DNA of 64,000 bases from Candidatus Binatia bacterium (GTDB lineage Bacteria > Desulfobacterota > Binatia > UBA9968 > CAXXLF01): assembly GCA_963664015.2 (NCBI GenBank), contig CAXXLF010000002.1, positions 1,856,001-1,920,000 on the forward strand, in the 5' to 3' direction. Below the pieces are notes generated by a model. The model saw only the letters and a list, made by a program, of their open reading frames with translations. It had not been told where the DNA came from and ran no database searches. The translations under genes were made by a program, and so were the position numbers. Of this stretch, positions 11,497-21,403 are shown piece by piece; position 1 is the first letter of the stretch, and each line of letters opens with the position of its first letter.

Positions 11497-11698
11497 CCCC
11501 TGGCACGGCTCATCCTTCTATGAATTAGCATACACTTTCGCGCTGGTGGTTTGCAAAAGCGTCTACGGTAGCGCTCCGGTGAAGGGTGGAATAGAATTCA
11601 CGGTTGCAAACGGAAATAGCAGTGGCCGTGATTGGATGAGCCCTCTCAGGTCGGTTGCGTGCAAGGGGTAAAATTGGTAGTGGTGAGCGGTACGGCTT

Positions 11699-12403
11699 AT
11701 GCCTATTTATCGATTGATTGATGAGATCGTCTTTCCCCCGCCTGAGGATGCTCAACTGGACGGACTGCTGGCCGTAGGGGGAGACCTGAGTGCCAAGCGG
11801 CTCCTCATGGCTTACCAGTTAGGTATCTTTCCGTGGTATTCGGAAGGACAGCCCATTCTGTGGTGGTCGCCGGATCCGCGTTTGGTCCTTGACCCCAAGG
11901 ACTTTCGACTTTCCAAAGCACTGCGCCAGACACTTACGAAGGGTCCATTCCAGGTTACCTTCGATCAGTCGTTTGATGAGGTGATCGGGGCATGTAGCCA
12001 GGTCCCTCGAAAGGGGCAGCAGGGGACGTGGATCACGCAAGAAATGCAAGAGGGATACAAGGGGCTCCATAAACTGGGGTACGCCCACTCTGTGGAGAGT
12101 TGGCGCGACGGGGAATTGGTAGGCGGCCTTTATGGAGTTTCCCTGGGACGGTGTTTTTTCGGCGAATCGATGTTTTTTCTCGAAACCGATGCATCAAAAG
12201 TTGCCTTCGCAACTCTAGTAGAGCGACTCAAAGACTGGGGCTTTCACCTGGTTGATGCCCAGGTGACGACGCGCCACCTGATAAGCCTGGGGGCCAAGGA
12301 GATACCCCGCCCTGAATTTCTGAACCGGCTTGAGGAAGCCATGCGTTTCCCGACCCTCAAGGGCTCTTGGAGCGAGAGCAATGGCCTATTCATGGAACAA
12401 TAA
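11699..12403 (+). CDS. aat: Leucyl/phenylalanyl-tRNA--protein transferase
   Basis: GLLAVGGDL, AYQLGIFPW, WWSPDPR, AHSVE, FFGESMF and DASKVA. Confidence 0.96.
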   Translation: MPIYRLIDEIVFPPPEDAQLDGLLAVGGDLSAKRLLMAYQLGIFPWYSEGQPILWWSPDPRLVLDPKDFRLSKALRQTLTKGPFQVTFDQSFDEVIGACSQVPRKGQQGTWITQEMQEGYKGLHKLGYAHSVESWRDGELVGGLYGVSLGRCFFGESMFFLETDASKVAFATLVERLKDWGFHLVDAQVTTRHLISLGAKEIPRPEFLNRLEEAMRFPTLKGSWSESNGLFMEQ

Positions 12404-12475
12404 TCAGGCCCCATTGGCGTAGGGCCCACAGCTCTCGGTGCACTTCCGGGATGAATTCTGATCGGGGTTAGTGAG

Positions 12476-13735
12476 TTAAGCTGTTGGACAGCGGCCGGTG
12501 GTGAGGTGAGCCTGGAAATCATCCGGGAAGAGCTTGAAGGCACTTTCGATAGGCGGGCCCGGCATATTGATCAGATTACAGAACCCCTTCCCCTTATTGA
12601 AAGCAATAACCTTACTCAATTGATCCAAGAGGGCCTCTTGCCCTCCGCCTTGCTGGACCTTTTTTAGGATGGTGACCAGCATGTTGGTCTCCATCCGGCA
12701 GGCCGGACATTGATCGCAGGACTCACGAGAGAAGAACTCGGCGATTTTGAGGGTTTCTTCAACGATGCACTGGCCGTCGGTCAGGAAGCGGACGACGCCA
12801 CAACCAATAGAAGAACCAGCCTCGCGTACACTCTGGTGATCCAAGGGTAGGTCGAGCTTTTCGGGGAGGAGAAAGGCCGACGATGGGCCTCCAGGCTGAA
12901 TTGCCTTGAGGGATTTTTGGCCCTTAATGCCCCCACCGCATTCTTCCAGAAGGGTACGAAGCGGCACGCCGAAGGGAAGCTCATATATTCCCGGACGCTC
13001 TACATCTTCATTGAGTGAGAATATCATGGTTCCCGGGCTGTCCGCCGTACCAAAGCCACGATACCACTGGGCCCCTTTGGTCACAATTTGCGGTAGATTT
13101 GCCAGGGTTTCCACATTGTTGACGGCCGTGGGCTTGCCAGAAAGCCCAGCGGTAGCTGGAAAAGGAGGTTTCTCCCTCGGTTTGGGTTCTTTCCCCTCCA
13201 GGACCTCCAGCGCAGCAGTGTCCTCTCCCGCCACGTAGTTAGGTGGTGCGGGTTGGTGCAGGATTTCTAGATTAAATTTACTGCCTAGGACTTTCTCGCC
13301 CCAGTAGTCGGCCTTCTTGGCCTCGGCCATGGCTCCCAGCATGCTTTCGGTTGCGGCCTTATAATTTTGGTTTATGTAGAGATAGGCCTTGGGTGCCTGA
13401 ACCGCATAGGCAGCAAGGATAACTCCTTCGAGGACCAAGTGAGGGGCGTTCTCCATGAGGAGCCGGTCTTTTTTACTACCCGGTTCGTCCTCGCCACCGT
13501 TTAAGACCACGTAATGAGGCTGCTCTGTGCACTCGGCCGTGATGGCCATCTTCTTTCCCGTGGGAAATCCCGCCCCTCCGTGGCCGCGCAGGCCGGAATC
13601 GCTAACCTCTTTGAGAACGGCCTCGGGAGAGCCTTTAAGAGCCTTCTCCAGAGCTCCGTAGCCCCCATGGGCTAAGTACTCTTTCAGACCCTGTTTGCTC
13701 GCCACGACGCCACTAGGAAAGATGATCCCATCCAT
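12476..13735 (-). CDS. NuoF-like FMN/4Fe-4S NAD(P)H oxidoreductase subunit (divergent, stand-alone)
   Basis: SGLRGHGGAGFPTG, NGGEDEPGSKKDR, YVAGEDTA, NNVETLA, ESCDQCPAC and FCNL. Confidence 0.88.
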   Translation of the reverse strand: MDGIIFPSGVVASKQGLKEYLAHGGYGALEKALKGSPEAVLKEVSDSGLRGHGGAGFPTGKKMAITAECTEQPHYVVLNGGEDEPGSKKDRLLMENAPHLVLEGVILAAYAVQAPKAYLYINQNYKAATESMLGAMAEAKKADYWGEKVLGSKFNLEILHQPAPPNYVAGEDTAALEVLEGKEPKPREKPPFPATAGLSGKPTAVNNVETLANLPQIVTKGAQWYRGFGTADSPGTMIFSLNEDVERPGIYELPFGVPLRTLLEECGGGIKGQKSLKAIQPGGPSSAFLLPEKLDLPLDHQSVREAGSSIGCGVVRFLTDGQCIVEETLKIAEFFSRESCDQCPACRMETNMLVTILKKVQQGGGQEALLDQLSKVIAFNKGKGFCNLINMPGPPIESAFKLFPDDFQAHLTTGRCPTA

Positions 13736-13743
13736 AAGGCCCC

Positions 13744-14067
13744 CTAAAAGACTCCGGTATCGAGGAGCTGATAGATGAGATCTTTGAGTGAGCTGTCGAT
13801 CTTATCAAGCCGTTTGACGTCAGGTCCTCCGGAAAGGTGCGCTACAATATCATTGACATCTTCCTTCTTGACGCCAGCGTACCAGCTTTTCTGTGGGTAG
13901 AGAACGATGTTGGGCCCCTCCTGGCAGGCGCCAAAACACATGTATGACTTGACCTCCACATCCTTTAAATCCTTTTCACCCACCTGCTTCTCAAGTTCTT
14001 TCATAATCTCTTCAGACCCTCGACTTTTACAATCGATGTTCTGACAGACAAGACAGATACACTTCAC
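13744..14067 (-). CDS. Thioredoxin-like [2Fe-2S] ferredoxin
   Basis: VCQNIDCKSRGS and CFGACQEGPNIVLYP; GTG start after SD GGAGAG. Confidence 0.88.
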   Translation of the reverse strand: MKCICLVCQNIDCKSRGSEEIMKELEKQVGEKDLKDVEVKSYMCFGACQEGPNIVLYPQKSWYAGVKKEDVNDIVAHLSGGPDVKRLDKIDSSLKDLIYQLLDTGVF

Positions 14068-14113
14068 TTAACTCTCCTTCCCATTGATGACAAGACTTGC
14101 GAGTGAACTGGGA

Positions 14114-15214
14114 TCAGTTCATCTGTAGGACCCAGTCTTTTTTCTTGAAGATTTCACTCAGGATACGTTCATCCTCTTCTGTGGGAAGCACCTGGGTCAG
14201 ATGCCTCTTATGCTCCTTTTGTGTGAGCAGTTGGCCATCGACGCTGTAAGGCTTCCCCGTGTGCTCTCCGATGGAACGGTTAAACTTTAAATCGGGACTG
14301 GTCAGTTTGATCTCCCCGTCGGGGATATTCTGATTGAGGGCCTCCACCAGACTATGGGCCTCGATACAATAGTGCTCTAAGGCCAGCTCGTTGAGTCTGG
14401 TCTTGTCTGCCTCTTCCTTGGCCTCGTGCTCATTGTAGCGGCCTTTGAGACCCCAGACATAAGCCCACTGGGCGGAAGAAGATTGAGTGGTTCCAAAGAG
14501 GTCATAGGCCGTGGATAACCACTTGTTAAAGTATTTCTGTACGATGGATACGGGAATCTTTCGCGCCTTGACGACACGAGTGAGTCCCGTGTTGCCGGTG
14601 AACATATGGAAAGACTCCTCCTTGAGCATCGCGGTTACGCTCTGGGCCAAGGGGGCAAATGCCGAATGACTCAGCATGGTGAGCTGGTATTTCCCGTCTC
14701 TGTCGACGAATTCGGTGTAGGTAAAAAAATCGAGCCAGTTGGTCACCGGCTGATTGAAAGAGCCCAAAAGGCGATTGCCCTGCCCCGCTCGACGCTGCAG
14801 AAGCTTCTCCGCTTCCAATTTTCCAGAATAGCCAAAGTAATTCACCAGAAGATAGCACATCTGCCAGCCATGGCGCATCTCTTCGCTGTTGACGCGGATG
14901 AGCGCCTGACGATCATAATCCGTAGGTGCGTTGTCCAGAAGGTTTTTCTGTTGTTCCACAGAGGCAAATTCCGTATCCCCCTGATATACGATCAGGTTCA
15001 AAAGCGCGTCACGGATGGTTTGATTGGGGATCTGGGTCACTCTTTGCCATTTCGGTTGCCCCTTGAAATCGCCGAATTCGATCTCGGGAGAATGGAGTTC
15101 CCCAAGTTTGGTCTCGAATTTATAGTCACCAAAAAGAAAAGCATCGTAGCCGATATCCTTATGCCATTCGTGGAAACAGTCGATCCAATCATCAAATGTC
15201 GTGATTTTTCCCAT
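14114..15214 (-). CDS. BoxB/PaaA-like diiron aryl-CoA epoxidase subunit (short form)
   Basis: QGDTEFASVEQQ, EEMRHGW, DRDGKYQL and EESFHMF match the BoxB-type ligand pattern with two ExxH motifs. Confidence 0.8.
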   Translation of the reverse strand: MGKITTFDDWIDCFHEWHKDIGYDAFLFGDYKFETKLGELHSPEIEFGDFKGQPKWQRVTQIPNQTIRDALLNLIVYQGDTEFASVEQQKNLLDNAPTDYDRQALIRVNSEEMRHGWQMCYLLVNYFGYSGKLEAEKLLQRRAGQGNRLLGSFNQPVTNWLDFFTYTEFVDRDGKYQLTMLSHSAFAPLAQSVTAMLKEESFHMFTGNTGLTRVVKARKIPVSIVQKYFNKWLSTAYDLFGTTQSSSAQWAYVWGLKGRYNEHEAKEEADKTRLNELALEHYCIEAHSLVEALNQNIPDGEIKLTSPDLKFNRSIGEHTGKPYSVDGQLLTQKEHKRHLTQVLPTEEDERILSEIFKKKDWVLQMN

Positions 15215-15261
15215 TTTCTTCTCCTCTGGGGATCCCTTCAGTTAGTTCGAACGATCGTTAG

Positions 15262-15290
15262 AATTTATAGCTTGGAAGGGGCAATGTCAA
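15262..15290 (-). promoter_or_regulatory. Sigma70-type promoter of the boxB-like operon
   Basis: TTGACA-17 bp-TAAATT on the minus strand about 50 nt upstream of the ATG. Confidence 0.55.
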
Positions 15291-15505
15291 CGCTAGAGGT
15301 CCCCCTTTCAGGGTGCCTTTTTGTCGGACGCAACTTTAGGGATTTTCCCTTTGGAAGTCAAATACTTCGCTGGGACTAGGGGGGACTATATCCGATAACA
15401 ATAACACGGTAGTACTAGCGCTCATTCGGTTCTCGCTTTGGATTTCTCTATGTGACGGATCCATCGAGTGAGTTTTCAGGGGAATGAATTAGATAAAGAA
15501 AGGGC

Positions 15506-16984
15506 TCAAGGGCGATTGGACTTGCCCACGAACCCAGGGCCGAATCCGGCCGCTTGAGCGGCCCAAGCCCCTGCCACGCGCCCGCTGAATATGGAGGGGC
15601 CAAGCATGGTTCCTTCCAGTCCCGCGTGCCCGTTGATATGTCCTCCAGCCATCCCGGACACCTCTCCCGTGGCGTAAAGGCCCGAGATGGGCTCGAAGTG
15701 ACAGTCCAGCACATGACATCTGAGGTCGGACTTGATGCCGCCGAAGTTCTTTCGCGCCACGGGAAAGAGGTGAATGGCATAAAAAGGGGGCGTGCCGAAT
15801 TTTTTCGACTGCTTGAGGGGTTTGCCCCATTCGGGTTCTTGTTCCAGGCCGCTCTCGCATGCCTGGTTGTACCGCTCCATGGTGGAACAAAAGATGGGAA
15901 GGTCCACCTCCGTCTTCCGCCCCAACTCGGCAATGGATTCGGCCTTATGGATATGGCGCGAGTTATCCAGCAGCGCCTGGATCTTCTCGCGTACGGTCTT
16001 GTTGTCTGCTTGGCCAAAGAGATCGGAAACCGCCATTTCCATCGCCATGGTCCCATCCAGTATCGCCCTCGCGTGTGGCGGATCCTACGCCATGAGTGCC
16101 AGCGTGGCCGAAGCGCCTCTGGTGAGAGATTCATTGTGGAAGCGTCGTCCCTGTTGGTTCACCCAGACGAATCCGGGGGTACCCCGAAAGGCGATGCCCC
16201 GCTTCCCCGTGGGGTCGCGGTGATCCGGAGTGGGGAAAACATAAAACCAGATATGATCCATGTGGGTAAGATAAGCACCTACTTCACTGGCGAGTTTGTG
16301 ACCCGCCCCTGTGGCTCCTAGACCGGCTCCCGCCATAATTCTGTACCTCTTGAGATCTGGTCTTGCCTCCAAGATCATATCCAGGTTGGAGTTGAATCCT
16401 CCGGCGGCAATAACGACGGTTTTACTGCTAATCTCCAATGGGTCACCGCTCTTCGTATTCACCCCGCTCAGACCGCAGGCCCTGCCATCTCGTGTGAGAA
16501 TCCGGGTAACTTCGGTTGCGGTGTGGATTTCGTAAACCCCGCACGCCTTGACCGCTTCGATCAAGGCCGACGTAATCCCGAAGCCCCCCTCGGCAGGGCG
16601 ATGCCAGCGGGGAACCCGGTTGCCTTCGGGCTGGTTAAGGTCCTGCCAGTGGACCCCCAATTGTTCTGCCCACAGATAGAGTTCGTGCAACGAATGCTCG
16701 AGGTAAAACCTGGCCCACGGCTCATCGGCTGCACCTCCGCCCCACGCGACCCAGTCCTCAAAGGCCTGATCGGGGGTGTCATGTATCCCTTTGGATGACT
16801 GGAGTGGGGTCCCGGCCATACAGCAACCGCCTCCGGAGACAATGGACGCACCTCCCATGGTCTCCGCCCTTTCCACCATGGCAACCTTGGCACCGGTACC
16901 ACGGGCCTCGATGGCGGCCGCCAACCCGGCTCCTCCAGTACCGACAATGGCCACATCGGCTACAATTCGCTTCGGGTCAGCCAC
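15506..16984 (-). pseudogene. FAD-dependent oxidoreductase (fumarate reductase/3-ketosteroid dehydrogenase-like), in-frame TAG at 16085-16087
   Basis: VGTGGAGLAAA, VVIAAGGF, GRRFHNE, then ALMA*DPPH in frame with GLYATGE..SIFSGRVAG; SD AAGGAGG before GTG 16984. Confidence 0.8.
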
Positions 16985-17302
16985 GACGCTCCTCCTTGAC
17001 TCCAGTCCCACGTATAATAGTCCGACCACCCATATATCAAAAGACGTGAAATTGTGAAGTTTCGACGTTAGTTCCGATTATGGGTCTACTCTTCATTCGG
17101 CCAAGACCCCTGATTGACCCCCAAATGCCTCGGTGGTAAGTATCACGTGCTTTAACAACGGTTTCGAACAGCTAATCGGGGAACCCCAAGTCGACCACGA
17201 TCCAATCCGTATCTATGTAATCCGAGTGTTGGCTCAGTCTAATGCTAAGTTGGGGCGAATGGGAACTCATCAATCCTTTCATCTGTTCATAGGAGAGAGA
17301 AC

Positions 17303-20155
17303 ATGAACCCTTTACAGGCACTGAACGATTATGGGCAATCGGTCTGGTTGGATTTTATCCGGCGCAGCCTCCTGACCAGCGGCGAGCTCGCCCGTCTTGT
17401 CCAGCAGGACAGTCTCCGTGGCGTGACCTCGAATCCGGCGATCTTTGAGAAGGCGATTACGGGCAGCACCGATTACACAGAGATGCTCAAGGATCTGGCG
17501 TCGCAGCACGGCGACGCCAAGGCGTTGTACGAGCAGGTAGCCATTGGGGATATTCAGGACGCTGCGGATGTGATGCAATCGGTCTATATGGAGACCAAGC
17601 GGCGTGACGGATACGTCAGCCTGGAGGTATCCCCCCACTTGGCCCGTGATACCAAGGGCACTCTGGAAGAGGCCCAGCGGCTTTGGAAGGCCGTGGGACG
17701 TGACAATCTAATGATCAAGGTGCCGGCGACACGGGCAGGGATCCCTGCCATCGAGCAACTGATTAGCGATGGGATCAATGTCAATGTGACCCTTCTCTTC
17801 TCTCAAGCCATTTACGAGAAAGTCGCAAAGGCTTACCTTGCGGGACTTCAAAAGTTTGCGAGCCAGGGTGGTGATGTGAGCCGGGTCGCCAGTGTGGCGA
17901 GTTTCTTTATCAGCCGCATAGACACGGCTGTGGATATGCGGCTCGAGGCTAGCATCAAGACTGCCAAACGGGCCAGCGAGCGAGCCCTGCTGCAAAGCCT
18001 CATGGGCAAGGTCGCCATTGCCAATGCCAGGCTGACCTATCAGAGTTACCAGGAGCTTTTTCGTGGCGAAGGGTGGCAGGCCCTGGCAAAAACAGGGGCA
18101 CAAACCCAACGGGTCCTCTGGGCCAGTACGAGCGCTAAAAACCCGAGCTATCGTGATGTGGTCTATGTGGAGGAGCTGATCGGGCCTGATACCGTCAATA
18201 CGATTCCACCAGCAACCTATGATGCCTTCCGGGACCACGGCCGGGTTCGCATGAGCCTGACTGAAGGGTTGGAAGAGGCGCACGATACCATGGAAACCCT
18301 CGCCAAGGTCGGGATCTCGATGAAAGAAGTGACCGACAAACTGCTGCATAACGGGGTCCGGTTATTCGTTGAGCCCTTTGACAAGCTCCTGGCGGCAGTG
18401 GGAAAAACCTGTCAGAAATCTGTCACAGCAAAGATCAACCAGCAGAGCTATTCGATACCGGAGCCTCTGTTATCAGCAGTGAAAGCCTCGTTGGAAGAAT
18501 GGCGTGCGGATGGCAAGGTCCCTCGGTTGTGGGCCCGGGATGCCACTCTGTGGACGGGCACCGACGAGGCCAATTGGCTCAGCTGGTTGGGTATAACCGA
18601 AGAACAACTCGAGCGGGCGACGCATTTCACGGACATCGCCGCTGAGGTCAAGAAAGCAAAGTTCTCTCACGTCCTGCTCCTGGGCATGGGAGGATCGAGC
18701 CTTTGTCCCGAGGTGATGCAAAGGACCTTTGGCAAACAGGCTGGCCACCCGGAGTTTCATGTCCTGGATTCAACGGATCCAGCCCAGGTCAAGGCGTTCG
18801 AGGAAAAGATCAATGTGGCCCGTTCCCTCTTCATCGTGTCGAGCAAATCCGGTGGGACCTTGGAGCCTAACATATTCAAGCAGTATTTCTTTAAACGGGT
18901 TCAACAGGTTGTCGGTGCGCAAAAAGCGGGAAGCCGGTTTATTGCCATCACGGATCCCGGTTCCAAGATGCAACAGGTTGCCGAGAGCGATGGGTTCCGC
19001 CGTGTGCTCTTTGGGCTACCCAGCATCGGTGGAAGGTACTCGGCGCTATCGGACTTCGGCATGGTGCCTGCGGCGATCATGGGCATCGACGTTCCACGCT
19101 TCCTTGACCGTACCGACGAGATGGTGCAGGCCTGTTCCTCTTGTGTCCCGGTGGAAGAGAATCCCGGTGTAGTCCTGGGGACCCTATTGGGGGTTCTGGT
19201 CAATCACGGACGGGACAAGGTCACACTTATCACCTCGCCGGGGATATTCGATCTCGGCGCGTGGTTGGAACAGCTCCTGGCAGAGTCGACGGGGAAAGAA
19301 GGGAAAGGGCTCATTCCCGTCGACTTGGAGGAAGTGGGTCCCCTGGAAGCGTATGGCAATGACCGGATCTTTGTCTACATGAGATTGGAAACGGCCCCTG
19401 ACGCACACCAGGATAAAGCCGTCGACGCCCTCGAGCGCGCTGGCCAACCCGTAATTCGCATTGCCGTATTGGACATTTATGATATCGGCCAGGAAATTTT
19501 TCGCTGGGAAATCGCAACAGCGGTGGCGGGAGCTATCATCGGGATCAATCCTTTTAACCAACCGGATGTGGAGGCCAGCAAGGTTGCCACTTGGAAATTG
19601 ACGACCGAGTACGAAAAGAAGGGGACACTACCCCGGGAGACTCCGATTCTAAATCAAAAGGGTATCAAACTCTTCACCGACGAGAAGAACACCGCGGCAC
19701 TGAAGCAGGCGGTGGGACAGGATCAAACCCTGATCGGATATCTCAAAGCCCATCTCAGTCGCATTTCAACCGGAGATTACCTTGCCCTGCTAGCCTATAT
19801 CGAGTTCAACACGGTACACCAAGAGCAATTACAGGCAATGCGGCATGCTGTCAGGGATAAGAAACAGGTGGCGACATGCCTGGGCTTCGGCCCGCGTTTT
19901 TTACACTCGACCGGTCAGGCCTATAAGGGTGGGCCTAATTCAGGCGTCTTTATACAGATTACCTGCGATGACGCGGTGGATCTAAAGGTTCCCGGCCAGA
20001 AGTACACCTTCGGCATCGTTAAAGCCGCGCAGGCACGAGGTGACTTCGAGGTGCTGGCTGAGCGCGACCGTCGCGCGTTGCGTGTTCACCTTGGCAAAGA
20101 CGTTAACGCCGGTTTGGCCACGCTGGGTAAGGCCATAGAGCAGGCGTTGGCATAG
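17303..20155 (+). CDS. tal-pgi: Bifunctional transaldolase / glucose-6-phosphate isomerase
   Basis: GVTSNPAIF, VSLEVSP and MIKVPAT (transaldolase); LLGMGGSSL, SSKSGGTLE, IGGRYSALS and NPFNQPDVEASK (PGI). Confidence 0.93.
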   Translation: MNPLQALNDYGQSVWLDFIRRSLLTSGELARLVQQDSLRGVTSNPAIFEKAITGSTDYTEMLKDLASQHGDAKALYEQVAIGDIQDAADVMQSVYMETKRRDGYVSLEVSPHLARDTKGTLEEAQRLWKAVGRDNLMIKVPATRAGIPAIEQLISDGINVNVTLLFSQAIYEKVAKAYLAGLQKFASQGGDVSRVASVASFFISRIDTAVDMRLEASIKTAKRASERALLQSLMGKVAIANARLTYQSYQELFRGEGWQALAKTGAQTQRVLWASTSAKNPSYRDVVYVEELIGPDTVNTIPPATYDAFRDHGRVRMSLTEGLEEAHDTMETLAKVGISMKEVTDKLLHNGVRLFVEPFDKLLAAVGKTCQKSVTAKINQQSYSIPEPLLSAVKASLEEWRADGKVPRLWARDATLWTGTDEANWLSWLGITEEQLERATHFTDIAAEVKKAKFSHVLLLGMGGSSLCPEVMQRTFGKQAGHPEFHVLDSTDPAQVKAFEEKINVARSLFIVSSKSGGTLEPNIFKQYFFKRVQQVVGAQKAGSRFIAITDPGSKMQQVAESDGFRRVLFGLPSIGGRYSALSDFGMVPAAIMGIDVPRFLDRTDEMVQACSSCVPVEENPGVVLGTLLGVLVNHGRDKVTLITSPGIFDLGAWLEQLLAESTGKEGKGLIPVDLEEVGPLEAYGNDRIFVYMRLETAPDAHQDKAVDALERAGQPVIRIAVLDIYDIGQEIFRWEIATAVAGAIIGINPFNQPDVEASKVATWKLTTEYEKKGTLPRETPILNQKGIKLFTDEKNTAALKQAVGQDQTLIGYLKAHLSRISTGDYLALLAYIEFNTVHQEQLQAMRHAVRDKKQVATCLGFGPRFLHSTGQAYKGGPNSGVFIQITCDDAVDLKVPGQKYTFGIVKAAQARGDFEVLAERDRRALRVHLGKDVNAGLATLGKAIEQALA

Positions 20156-20173
20156 GAGCCGCCCAAATCATAA

Positions 20174-21178
20174 TTATTTTACCTTGATCTTGATACCGCT
20201 TCTGGGCGAGGCTCAGTTTGGTGCGCTTCTGTTCGGACCGCGCTAAGATGACGACCCCCTTTTGATTTTTCATGCTGACTTCTCCGATGCCACCGGCTAC
20301 GGCAAATGTCGCCGAACCCGCCACATAGGTACCGGCAAGATTAGAGGCCCTGTTCAAGTCATAGACCTCGCCCTTGGCGCTCACCTTTGAATATCCCAGG
20401 TCGACCAGGCTGAGACCCTCAATGGAAAAGACGTATTCCTTACCCTTGAATCGGAGTTTTCCATCGCCCCAAGCGACACCGACCCCGAGAGCCACCGACG
20501 TGCTCTGAACGTCGATCGTGCCAGAGGGAACCCTCGTTGTTTTCTCGTAGTTGGGATACGACTTAACGGTTCCCAGCAGTTGACCTTCGTTGTGTTCGTT
20601 AACCTGCTAGCCCCTTTGGATCAACTGATAACGTGCAACCGGGCTTACCGAACCGGTCACCCATAGGTGCTTTTCTGTGACTCCTGGCTTCTTGCTGATT
20701 GCAAAGTTTGCTGCATCGATGAACTTGGCGATGTTCTCGGTCCAAACCAGATAATCCAGGGGGACGTTGAGAACCAACTTACCCCCGCCCGTGCTAGCGG
20801 AGACGAATTGCCCCAGGGGAACGAAACTCTTTACCGGTTCTATGGTTCGGTTATAACCCGCGTACATCTCAGCCTGAAACTGGCGGAGATGAGTGATCAC
20901 AGGGTCATTGGCTGGTATGGAATACTTGATAAAGGCGCTCCGGTTCGCCGCCGGCTTCATCTCGTCCAGGGCCCCGACGATCAAGGTTTGCTCGCGCGGA
21001 AAGAGTTGGACGGGCTGAGCGTCGCTGGCACTTCGTATTGGGGAGCCATGGCCGTGACAGGGCTCCCCAAAAGGGCCAACGACAATGCTAACGAGATCCC
21101 GTATCCGCTTCGTTTCGTCCATCGGCGGCCGCCTGCTAGCCGTGTCAATATGAGTAGGTTGCTCCCAATTGATTTCAT
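20174..21178 (-). pseudogene. Decayed secreted protein with C-terminal DUF1134/EipA-like beta domain
   Basis: Signal-like N-terminus, frame break near 21000, and TAG 20607-20609 in frame with QVNEHNEGQLL..PSGTIDVQSTSVALGVGVAWGDG; final frameshift before SGIKIKVK*. Confidence 0.5.
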
Positions 21179-21403
21179 GATGGACTTCTTTTAATGCAAT
21201 TGAAGAGTGCCACTATAACACCGGGCTTTCCCCTCGCTTGTTGCGAAAGACCCGGTCAATATTTATGACCTTCTAACTGATGACGTTCAGGAGGCTACCT
21301 TGTTCCGGTACATTGGCGCAAGAATCTATAGCCAGGCTTTGAATTTTCTCCTGAACAGTCAAGTCAAGCACAAAATGTCCCGGTTGCGGTGCGTTCCATA
21401 CTT

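Noticed and set aside
11500-11690. Possible riboswitch between the VOC gene and aat
   Set aside because: Only weak pairing (CACGGTTGC/GCAGTGGCCGTG) and no recognisable aptamer consensus.
12476-14067. nuoEF of respiratory complex I
   Set aside because: No other nuo genes nearby, motifs are divergent, and the small protein lacks the NuoE N-terminal domain.
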